58,889 nt of DNA from a virus. Lineage: Duplodnaviria > Caudoviricetes. Shown here one piece after another: positions 9,380 through 16,677 of the stretch (its first letter is position 1; every line of letters begins with the position of its first letter). A program made the translations under genes and the position numbers. A model generated the notes under the pieces. The model worked only from the letters and a program-made list of their open reading frames with translations. It was not told where the DNA came from and made no database searches. The stretch lies in IMG/VR virus record IMGVR_UViG_3300007735_000764, positions 1 to 58,889 of that record; one strand, written 5' to 3'.

Positions 9380-10156
9380 ATGATCAGCACAGCACGGGAC
9401 ATGCTCAAAGCTTTGAAGGGTTCAACGCCGCGTTATACCGGCGTCATTCTTTATGAGGGGCGAAGCGCCATTGACGGCGGCCCTATCGTCGTTATCGCGA
9501 ACCGAATCGCGCACGCGTCCGGTAATGAAAAGACCGGGGCCATGGTCCAGACGTTTATCATCCGTCAGGACGTGAGGCCTTTAGAAGCCTTGGCGACAGG
9601 ACTCGACAAGAGCATTTGCGGGACCTGTATTCATAGACCGGCAAACGGCGGGACCTGCTATGTGAATGTGGGAAGATCTGTCGAATCCGTTTATGGGGCA
9701 TACACGCGGGGACGATACGCGCGACCCGGTAAAGATTACGACGCGAACATCCTGCCCGATTTATTTGAGGGGTCTTTATTCCGTCTCGGGACATATGGCG
9801 ATCCGGCGGCTGCGCCTTTCCGGATTTGGGCCAATGCCACAGCAAAAGTCAAAGCACGCACAGGCTATACGCACCAATGGAAACGCAAGGCCTTTGAGGC
9901 TTTCAAATCCATATGCATGGCATCCGTCGACTCGCCGCGTGATCTGGCGCTGGCGCGTGCCATGGGGTGGCGATCCTTTCGAGTCCGGGCTAAGGACGCT
10001 GAGACCATCGAGGGCGAGGTGATTTGCCCAGCATCAAAAGAGGCAGGACAGAAAACTACCTGCGAAGCTTGCAAGGCCTGTGGGGGTCTATCGGCCAAAG
10101 CACGCGCGGACATTGTGATCATGGCACATGGTCCGACAGGCGGGCGGTTCCAATGA
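9380..10156 (+). CDS. Gp88-like Cys-rich early protein (possible Fe-S / radical-SAM-related fold)
   Basis: NEKTGAMVQT, SICGTCIHR...TCYV, RLGTYGDP, GYTHQW, MASVD, CPA...TCEACKAC...IMAHG; ATG 9380 with GAGAGGG RBS. Confidence 0.7.
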   Translation: MISTARDMLKALKGSTPRYTGVILYEGRSAIDGGPIVVIANRIAHASGNEKTGAMVQTFIIRQDVRPLEALATGLDKSICGTCIHRPANGGTCYVNVGRSVESVYGAYTRGRYARPGKDYDANILPDLFEGSLFRLGTYGDPAAAPFRIWANATAKVKARTGYTHQWKRKAFEAFKSICMASVDSPRDLALARAMGWRSFRVRAKDAETIEGEVICPASKEAGQKTTCEACKACGGLSAKARADIVIMAHGPTGGRFQ

Positions 10157-10446
10157 TCATCCCCGGCGAAAGCAAACCCGTGGCCGTGCGTAATGAAATT
10201 AGAACCCGAAAAACCGCCCTGCGGAAAGTCATTAGCTCCCGGCCGTTTGGCCGGGGCTTCTCGGACTATCGCGCGGGCAAACCTTTCGACCCTGACGCCT
10301 TCAGATTCACGAATGAACAGTGGGCATATGAACGCGGCCGCATGTTCGCGGCATGGTATGCCGGCGCCTTGCGAATCAATCGGCGCCTATCCCATGACGC
10401 ACAGCATGCGGCATCCGAGGCCTTGCGAATCGGCGCGATGATCTGA
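10153..10446 (+). CDS. Hypothetical early protein
   Basis: ATGA overlap with the upstream gene; GFSDYRAGKPF...QWAYERGRMFA. Confidence 0.75.
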   Translation: MIIPGESKPVAVRNEIRTRKTALRKVISSRPFGRGFSDYRAGKPFDPDAFRFTNEQWAYERGRMFAAWYAGALRINRRLSHDAQHAASEALRIGAMI

Positions 10447-10545
10447 TACCGTCAGACCTATCGAAACAATAGGACGCAACACCGCCAGGCCTGCACCAGG
10501 CGACTCGGCTTCCGACCTTTCGATTCTCTCCACTGTTCAAACTCA

Positions 10546-10580
10546 GCCCCGCCTGGCCTTCGCCTGGCGGGGTTTTTCTT
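10546..10580 (+). terminator. Rho-independent terminator of the early operon
   Basis: CCCCGCC-T-GGC-cttc-GCC-T-GGCGGGG followed by TTTTTCTTT. Confidence 0.8.
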
Positions 10581-10595
10581 TGCCGGCCGGCCGGT

Positions 10596-10761
10596 GGATC
10601 TATCGACCCAGCGGATCTATCGAATCCATCGATGCCGGCGGATCTATCGACTGGCGGATCTGTCGAACCTGTCGAGAGGCGAACAAATCAAGGGCCGTGG
10701 TCCACGGTCCATCGAACGGCAGCACCAGATCTGGATCTGTCGAACCTGTCGAATCGGTCGA
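10596..10761 (+). repeat. Array of 9-11 nt GGATCT(A/G)TCGA / ACCTGTCGA repeats
   Basis: GGATCTATCGA at 10596, 10613, 10640; GGATCTGTCGA at 10656, 10733; ACCTGTCGA at 10667, 10744; variants at 10624, 10707, 10753. Confidence 0.85.
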
Positions 10762-11091
10762 TAGACCGGACGTTTTGTCACCTGAATAAATATAAAGGAC
10801 CTCGGCCCGAGGGTGGCTGACCAAGTTCCACACGTTTGCAATAATGCAAGAACGCCTTGTAATGTATGCAATTTGGCAAGGACGCCACAGGTCATTCGTT
10901 TTGTAGGCCTTTGTTCTGCATACCTTCAACTCACACCACACTTCAAAGGCCTGTTGCTGGCCTTCCGGAGGCCACAGGAAGGCTCCGTTTACATCTGGCA
11001 CCCCCGCTCCCACCCAAGCTTCGATCCTCTGCCAGTCCACCTGTGGCAGTTTGCGCTTGAGGTATTTAAATACCGCTGCCTCGGTGTTCAC
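10600..11091 (-). CDS. PD-(D/E)XK nuclease, VRR-NUC / Holliday junction resolvase-like
   Basis: E...WQRIE...GVPDV...WCELK...RPCQIAY; GTGA overlap with terS. Confidence 0.8.
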   Translation of the reverse strand: MNTEAAVFKYLKRKLPQVDWQRIEAWVGAGVPDVNGAFLWPPEGQQQAFEVWCELKVCRTKAYKTNDLWRPCQIAYITRRSCIIANVWNLVSHPRAEVLYIYSGDKTSGLSTDSTGSTDPDLVLPFDGPWTTALDLFASRQVRQIRQSIDPPASMDSIDPLGR

Positions 11092-11684
11092 TCGTCCAGC
11101 TCCGCAAAGATAGCCTCTTGCTGCGGATCGGAAACGAACGCATCGATGTCGTCCTCGCTCCTCGGTCCTCGGATCATGTCGATGGTGGGCGCTGTCGCGT
11201 TTGCAAGAATGGGAAACTCGGTTTGCAGTTTTGCAATCTCGGCTAGGACTTCCTCGCGAGACATCTGGTCAATCTTTCCGACCAAGATCTCCTGCCGAGT
11301 GACGTATAAACCTGCTGCGGCGCCGCGCGCTTTCTCGGCTGAGACAGCAGCCGGAAAATTACCCTTTTCAAATGCGGCGTCTCGGATCCGGGCAAGCTGT
11401 CGAACGTGGTTGTCGAAAGTGACCTCATACTTTTTCGATAGCTCCTCTTTTATTTCGGCGATCCGGGCGAGGATCTGGGGATAGTCTCGGCCATTCAGAA
11501 AACGAGACCCCGCCCAAGAGGCGGCACTGTCCGAGTATCCGGCAAGCTTTGCTGCCTCGGTCCTCGTCACGTCCTCGGTTGCGTAAATGCGGCAGAATTT
11601 CTCCTGCTTTTCAGTCAGACCCTTGGTCTTGGGGTTCACAAGGATATCAAGCTTGGGCTTGTGCGTGGTTTTGGCTCGCGCCAC
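11088..11684 (-). CDS. terS: Terminase small subunit
   Basis: LTEKQEKFCRIY...TEAAKLAGYS HTH, AAVSAEKARG...GLY, IDQMSREEV; GGAGG RBS; extended -10 (TGTTATACT) upstream. Confidence 0.85.
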   Translation of the reverse strand: MARAKTTHKPKLDILVNPKTKGLTEKQEKFCRIYATEDVTRTEAAKLAGYSDSAASWAGSRFLNGRDYPQILARIAEIKEELSKKYEVTFDNHVRQLARIRDAAFEKGNFPAAVSAEKARGAAAGLYVTRQEILVGKIDQMSREEVLAEIAKLQTEFPILANATAPTIDMIRGPRSEDDIDAFVSDPQQEAIFAELDE

Positions 11685-12075
11685 GGGGCAACCTCCATTG
11701 GTTGATCGATGTCGCAGTATAACACGGCATCAGTTCTGCTCTAAAGGACACCAACTTATCATAGATTGTAAACTTTATACCAGCTAAGTGCTTGAATCTA
11801 GATACTTATCAAAATATCGGGGGTACTTTCAGAATTAGGGTCTTCGCTGCATTAGGCAAATTTTATACGTAGTTTTACGTATGTGATTTGAGGGGGGTCG
11901 GGCCGGAAACCCCGTATTTGAAACAACCCCCTATAATTTGATAACTATTTAGAAACAAGGACTTAGCTGGTATAAGTTTTGATAACCTCGTTTCCTTTAG
12001 ACAAGCTCCATGGTCCAAGGACCCCGTATAACCCCCAACACCCCGTTGACGAATACCAAATAACCGTATATCAGC

Positions 12076-12354
12076 ATGAAACCGCAACAAAACAGGTGTT
12101 CCATGGACCACATCAAGATTGAAAAGAACGTCCCGCTCCCGGATGGGGTCACTGCCTATCGTCGTTATGACTGGGGCAAGCTTTCCATTGGCGACAGTTT
12201 CGTAGTCGATGGATGGTCGGAACGGCTCCGCATCCGCAGTTCCTTCATCCGTTACCGCGACAGCAAGAAGTGCCACTTCCCGCCACGCACTGTCATGGTC
12301 AGCCGGAACATCGGCAACGACCAGTACCGGTTCTGGATCATGCAGAACACTTGA
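12076..12354 (+). CDS. Small putative DNA-binding protein
   Basis: IKIEKNVPLP...RYDWGKLSIGDSFVV...R.W pattern common in small phage proteins. Confidence 0.75.
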   Translation: MKPQQNRCSMDHIKIEKNVPLPDGVTAYRRYDWGKLSIGDSFVVDGWSERLRIRSSFIRYRDSKKCHFPPRTVMVSRNIGNDQYRFWIMQNT

Positions 12355-12453
12355 CCCAAAACGGGCCGTGGACGGTTGACAGTGTAAATAGAACCGTGCC
12401 ACGGTCTCCCGGCGTTACCGAGAAACCCTTGTTCGTTGAAAGGACCAAGGACC

Positions 12454-12663
12454 ATGAACAATGCCGACCGCGCCGACATGGCACATGCCGCCCTGATCCG
12501 TTTCATGACGGACACGGGGCAGACCGAAACCGAGGAGGCCTTGCAGGACCTGATCACCGATCTCTTGCATCTTGCTAACGAGCGCAAGCTTAACGTCCTA
12601 GACATCCTGCAACGCGCCACGCTCGTCTTCTGCGACGAGGCTTCTGAAGAGGAGACTGCCTGA
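12454..12663 (+). CDS. Hypothetical protein
   Basis: AAGGA RBS; DLITDLLHLA helical motif. Confidence 0.75.
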   Translation: MNNADRADMAHAALIRFMTDTGQTETEEALQDLITDLLHLANERKLNVLDILQRATLVFCDEASEEETA

Positions 12664-12818
12664 TGCCCGTCATTCTTGGATACGAGGAAGACGCTGGGTT
12701 TTACTTGTTGGACCGCTGGGGCACGCCTCTGTCTGCGTGCTGGTTTGCGACCATCGAAGACGTAATCGAATACTGCAACGAACAAGGCTTTGACCTGTTT
12801 GAACGTGAGGAGGACTGA
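12663..12818 (+). CDS. Hypothetical acidic protein (51 aa)
   Basis: TGATG coupling, GAGGAG RBS; MPVILGYEEDAGFYLLDRWG...; not in the ORF track. Confidence 0.65.
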   Translation: MPVILGYEEDAGFYLLDRWGTPLSACWFATIEDVIEYCNEQGFDLFEREED

Positions 12819-12821
12819 CCA

Positions 12822-13082
12822 ATGACCGAGATCGAAACCCGCTGGACCAACGAAGCCACCCGCGCCTTGGTGGGCCGCAAGATCGTCAAGGTCCAATACC
12901 TTGGCAAGAAGGACTGCGAGAACATGGGCTGGGACGATTCGGGCATCGCCCTGATCCTCGACAATGGCAACACCGTGATCGTGCAACAGGACGACGAGGG
13001 CAATGGTCCGGGGGCCTTGCTGATCCTATCGAAGACCACGGAAGTGATCCTGCCGACTCTCTATGTGGGGAGCGTGTCATGA
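12822..13082 (+). CDS. Conserved hypothetical protein
   Basis: LVGRKIVKVQY...LDNG...DDEGNGPGAL; GAGGA RBS. Confidence 0.8.
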   Translation: MTEIETRWTNEATRALVGRKIVKVQYLGKKDCENMGWDDSGIALILDNGNTVIVQQDDEGNGPGALLILSKTTEVILPTLYVGSVS

Positions 13083-13297
13083 AACCGGGAGACCGCGTCT
13101 GCTTTGCCCGCCACTTCCTCCGCAACACCATGCAGTACACGGGCGATGTCCCGTTCGCTGTGGGCACTGTCGAAGAGATCAACGACTATGGCGATTACTC
13201 GATTGTGCGGGTGAAGTGGGACAACCTGTCGGGCCACAAGTCCGTCAACATGAACAACCTGATCCTCGCGGATCGTAAGCATCTGGAGAAAGTCTGA
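13079..13297 (+). CDS. Small SH3-like protein
   Basis: MKPGDRV...GTVEEI...VRVKWDN; ATGA coupling. Confidence 0.7.
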   Translation: MKPGDRVCFARHFLRNTMQYTGDVPFAVGTVEEINDYGDYSIVRVKWDNLSGHKSVNMNNLILADRKHLEKV

Positions 13298-13500
13298 TGA
13301 AGGTCTTCAAGGTTTGCACCCGATGCGGATCGGATCGCATCTCTGCCCAGATCTCGGATGCCACGGCCATCTGGGACTACGACATGCAGGAATGGATCAT
13401 CAGCGAAGATGTGGTCGAACGATCACCTGCCTACTGCGCGGAATGTGACGACGATTGCGAAGTCCTCAACACCGTGGATGCACCCAATGACAAGACTTAA
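13297..13500 (+). CDS. Zinc-ribbon protein
   Basis: CTRCGS...W...W...YCAECDD. Confidence 0.7.
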   Translation: MKVFKVCTRCGSDRISAQISDATAIWDYDMQEWIISEDVVERSPAYCAECDDDCEVLNTVDAPNDKT

Positions 13501-13702
13501 TCTGCAACCCACCCTCGGCAAAACTGTCGAGCATTGGCTCGGCACCGAACGGCATGAGACGGACATGGTCTTGGAGATCATGGAAGAGCTGGCCCGCGAT
13601 CAGGAGATCGATCTGGAAGAGGCCTCGACGGCCCAGATCCGCAAGCTTGCAGACGAGGCCTTCCGCTGGTGCGAAGACGAACATTGGTTCAAGGACCGTT
13701 GA
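13487..13702 (+). CDS. Hypothetical protein
   Basis: Fills the operon gap; ATG at 13487 inside the track ORF 13358-13702. Confidence 0.6.
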   Translation: MTRLNLQPTLGKTVEHWLGTERHETDMVLEIMEELARDQEIDLEEASTAQIRKLADEAFRWCEDEHWFKDR

Positions 13703-13704
13703 CC

Positions 13705-13911
13705 ATGAACAACGATCAACGCAGCAAGCACGCCTTCTTCACTGCCGTGCAACGCATGGAGCGTGAGTCGAAGGGCCGTCGAGAGCACGACATCGAACAC
13801 CGCAAGCGATGGCTATTGAAGAGCATGACGGGCGGGTTCGGGAGGCACCAAGGCTCGCGGCCCAAGACGGTCACACTGGCGAAGCTATCGATCTTAGAGG
13901 ACAAGGAATGA
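13705..13911 (+). CDS. Hypothetical basic protein
   Basis: AAGGA RBS; C-terminal VTLAKLSILE. Confidence 0.65.
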   Translation: MNNDQRSKHAFFTAVQRMERESKGRREHDIEHRKRWLLKSMTGGFGRHQGSRPKTVTLAKLSILEDKE

Positions 13912-14159
13912 GTGACAACCTCACAAAGCAAATCACAACTATGATTGAGATAATAACAGCGCAAAGCAGTGCAACGCCAATTGAAAAGTCAGTGATTGGC
14001 TTACTTTCTGATTGCCGTCACGAAGTAGATTTGGCGAACGCCGAAATAGAGCGGCTGCGCGATGCGCTGCGTGACATTATCGCAATTCCAAACAGCGAAG
14101 CTGCACAAGGAATTATGAAGGTGATTGCCCGCGCCGCGCTTGGGGAGGACAAGAAATGA
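13908..14159 (+). CDS. Cassette-array gene 1 (EIERLR...ARAALGE)
   Basis: ATGA coupling; contains repeat A (14042) and repeat B (14129). Confidence 0.75.
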   Translation: MSDNLTKQITTMIEIITAQSSATPIEKSVIGLLSDCRHEVDLANAEIERLRDALRDIIAIPNSEAAQGIMKVIARAALGEDKK

Positions 14160-14434
14160 TAGACATTGTTGAACGGCTGCGGGTTTTTATCCGCTTTGAG
14201 CATCCAAAGAATTACGAAACGCACATCGTATGGCAAGCCGCCGACGAAATAGAGCGGCTGCGTGCTGCGCTGCGGGAAATAGCAAAGACAGACGTTCAAA
14301 CATGGGCAAAGGCCGCGCTTGAAAAACGCGATTGGGCAATTGTGGAGCGTATTTCCGAAGTCGATCAGCAGGGCATCGCTTGCCGTGCTTTGGCAGAAGT
14401 AGGAGCCCGCGCCGCGCTTGGGGAGAAAGAGTGA
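14156..14434 (+). CDS. Cassette-array gene 2
   Basis: MIDIVERLR...AADEIERLRAAL...ARAALGEKE. Confidence 0.8.
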   Translation: MIDIVERLRVFIRFEHPKNYETHIVWQAADEIERLRAALREIAKTDVQTWAKAALEKRDWAIVERISEVDQQGIACRALAEVGARAALGEKE

Positions 14435-14670
14435 TGACTGATTATGATCTAAGCATCCACAGCAACCCCGATGCTATGGCGTGGGCGAAGTTTTTTGTTG
14501 AAACAACAAAAGATTGGGACCGGGATTTATTCCGTGATGAAGAACTGATGGTGTCGTGGTTCGCAAACGCCATGATGGCAATGCACGATCATTTGATGGG
14601 TGGCCCTATTAATGGGGATCACGCGCAATGGCTGCTAGACCGCGCCGCGCTTGGGGAGGGGAAGGAATGA
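14434..14670 (+). CDS. Cassette-array gene 3
   Basis: DAMAWAKFF...MVSWFANAMMA...RAALGEGKE; has repeat B only. Confidence 0.75.
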   Translation: MTDYDLSIHSNPDAMAWAKFFVETTKDWDRDLFRDEELMVSWFANAMMAMHDHLMGGPINGDHAQWLLDRAALGEGKE

Positions 14671-14927
14671 GTGATATAGCAACATCACTGATTAGTGATG
14701 AAGAACGCGAATATCTGATTTTGAAGAACCGCGCCAATACAGCGGCGGATGACGGAACATATGAATGGGCGCTTAACGAAATAGAGCGGCTGCGTGAGGC
14801 GCTGTGTGACTGCCATCATGTTCTGCATAAACTGATGGCTATCGTCCCCGGAAACGATGCGGCTGTTGATGAAATGGCAAAGGTAATGAAAAAGGCCCGC
14901 GCCGCACTTGGGGAGGGGAAGGAATGA
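14667..14927 (+). CDS. Cassette-array gene 4
   Basis: NEIERLREAL...ARAALGEGKE; ATGA coupling. Confidence 0.8.
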   Translation: MSDIATSLISDEEREYLILKNRANTAADDGTYEWALNEIERLREALCDCHHVLHKLMAIVPGNDAAVDEMAKVMKKARAALGEGKE

Positions 14928-15211
14928 GGGACATGATGGACTATTACGAGGAACTGGTCGCTGAAAACGACAGGCTGAAGGCTGTCCTCGATATCAAGGA
15001 ACGGGAATTAAAGGCGGCGCGGAAGGTTGTCTACGAGGCATACTGGCACTTGGCCTATCAGTGGCAGTCGCACCTGTTTGAGGCTCCTCCGACGAAGCCG
15101 TGGCACGTGGACATGTCGGTCTTTGCCCCGGAGGTTTATCCGATGATGACAAAGTCGGAGCAGGAACTGTTCAACGCCTTGAAGGTCTATGAGGGGGCAA
15201 TGAAGTCATGA
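14924..15211 (+). CDS. Hypothetical protein inside the cassette array
   Basis: ATGA coupling at both ends; degenerate AENDRLK coiled coil; lacks the exact repeats. Confidence 0.75.
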   Translation: MRDMMDYYEELVAENDRLKAVLDIKERELKAARKVVYEAYWHLAYQWQSHLFEAPPTKPWHVDMSVFAPEVYPMMTKSEQELFNALKVYEGAMKS

Positions 15212-15486
15212 CGGATATTGTGGAACGTGTCCGCGCTTTGCTTGGCGATACCAATGAAGAGCAGGACACCATCAACGAAGCCGCCGACGAAATAGAGCGG
15301 CTGCGTGAGGCGCTGCGGGAGATGCTTTCAGTGGCAGAGGTGGATCAGTTGGAAAACCTTTCGATCTGCGACATTGGAAGTGAACGATCAAAGATGAAAA
15401 GCCGCGCTGTGGCATCAAGGTGCGGAATGTTGCTTGGGAAACTACGCAAGATTGCCCGGGCCGCGCTTGGGGAGGACGAGAAATGA
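15208..15486 (+). CDS. Cassette-array gene 5
   Basis: MTDIVERVR...AADEIERLREAL...ARAALGEDEK. Confidence 0.8.
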   Translation: MTDIVERVRALLGDTNEEQDTINEAADEIERLREALREMLSVAEVDQLENLSICDIGSERSKMKSRAVASRCGMLLGKLRKIARAALGEDEK

Positions 15487-15866
15487 CATGCGTCACAGTC
15501 CTCCTCCTCAACCTGATCTGCGGCACGCCTTACGCTGTCGATGGGGACACGCTGCGATTCGGTAAGCTATCCGTCCGGCTATGGGGTGTCGATGCTGCCG
15601 AGTTGCATGAACCCGGAGGGGCAAACGCTCGCCAGGTTTTGCAAAACCTGGCCGGCCGGAAGACCGTTTGGTGTCGAGTCCGAACGATGGACGGCTATGG
15701 CCGGCACGTCGCCCGCTGCTATGTCGGATCTGTCGAAATCAATCGAGAGGTCGTGGCCCGCGGCGCCGCATTGGATTGCCGGCGCTACTCGGGCGGGGCC
15801 TTCGCATCTGTCGAACCTGTCGGGGTCAGGCTCAGATTGAGCCAGAAGCCCTACTGTAAGGCTTGA
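15483..15866 (+). CDS. Thermonuclease (SNase-like) family protein with hydrophobic N-terminus
   Basis: VDGDTL, VRLWGVDAAE, DGYGRHVARC, INREVVARG, RYSGG. Confidence 0.85.
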   Translation: MTCVTVLLLNLICGTPYAVDGDTLRFGKLSVRLWGVDAAELHEPGGANARQVLQNLAGRKTVWCRVRTMDGYGRHVARCYVGSVEINREVVARGAALDCRRYSGGAFASVEPVGVRLRLSQKPYCKA

Positions 15867-15973
15867 CTAAAAGTTTACAATCCTCACAATCACGAGGAAC
15901 TACAACGCAGGGTTACAGAAAGTCTCGTAATCCTCACGACCATACGGACTCTAGTCATCGAAAGGACTAACCC

Positions 15974-16255
15974 ATGTCGAATTTCCGCATCTCATTCCGC
16001 GCCTTTGACGCCTTGTTCACCAAGTTCAACGCGGCCATCGAGCGCAGCGCCTTGTCCAAGGGCCATGGACCGATGATCTTGGACAACTACAAGCTGGGCT
16101 ACATGCAATCGTTCTTTGCCATGGAGTTCGCGAGCCTGAGCGAAGAGGATCAGGTCAAGCTGTTCGATGCCATCGAAGAGCGGATCGTCAGCCTCAATCA
16201 GAAGAGCATGACCCTAGAGCTGAGGGCCAATGACCGAGAGGTAAAGATTGCATGA
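15974..16255 (+). CDS. Hypothetical protein
   Basis: AAGGA RBS; YKLGYMQSF. Confidence 0.7.
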   Translation: MSNFRISFRAFDALFTKFNAAIERSALSKGHGPMILDNYKLGYMQSFFAMEFASLSEEDQVKLFDAIEERIVSLNQKSMTLELRANDREVKIA

Positions 16256-16344
16256 AATATGTGAACCTCGTCACCGACGTTGTCTACATCCTAACCATAC
16301 TCACCTTGTTCACGACCATCTTGATGGTCCTCTATCCCAACTAA
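16252..16344 (+). CDS. Small membrane peptide (30 aa)
   Basis: ATGA coupling, GAGG RBS; MKYVNLVTDVVYILTILTLFTTILMVLYPN. Confidence 0.5.
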   Translation: MKYVNLVTDVVYILTILTLFTTILMVLYPN

Positions 16345-16362
16345 CGCAAAAGGAAGAAAGCC

Positions 16363-16677
16363 ATGCGTAATCTCGATGCCATCATCAACCAACTCTCCGT
16401 CGAACAGCAACGCTGCGAGCACCTCTTGATCGAAGATCTTGAGGGCGTGAAGAAAGCCACGCAATTATTCTTTGACAAGCAGTCGCGTGAAGCTGACGCC
16501 TTCGTCGCCCTGCTCAGTCAGACGCTGTCCGATATCGAAGTCAAGATAAAGAACGGTTACCCGCGTGATCGCAAACCGTCTGATGAAACGGATCCGCTGC
16601 CGGCCATTGTCACGGGCCGCGTGCTGACAGACGAAGAGCGTGACGAGATCCTCAAGAAGGTTGGAGAAGCTGCGTGA
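16363..16677 (+). CDS. Hypothetical protein
   Basis: AAGGAAG RBS; helical; in operon. Confidence 0.7.
   Translation: MRNLDAIINQLSVEQQRCEHLLIEDLEGVKKATQLFFDKQSREADAFVALLSQTLSDIEVKIKNGYPRDRKPSDETDPLPAIVTGRVLTDEERDEILKKVGEAA

Larger units (their letters stand above)
14042..15474 (+). repeat. Two interspersed direct-repeat families (18-mer A x4, 19-mer B x5)
   Basis: A = CGAAATAGAGCGGCTGCG at 14042, 14245, 14777, 15288 (identical). B = CCGCGCCGCGCTTGGGGAG at 14129, 14407, 14640 (identical) and 14897, 15456 (1 mismatch each). Confidence 0.92.

Noticed and set aside
13908-15486. CRISPR array or diversity-generating retroelement
   Set aside because: The repeats are in-frame coding, of two alternating types, with irregular long spacing. 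No cas genes, reverse transcriptase or adenine-specific TR/VR pair were seen.
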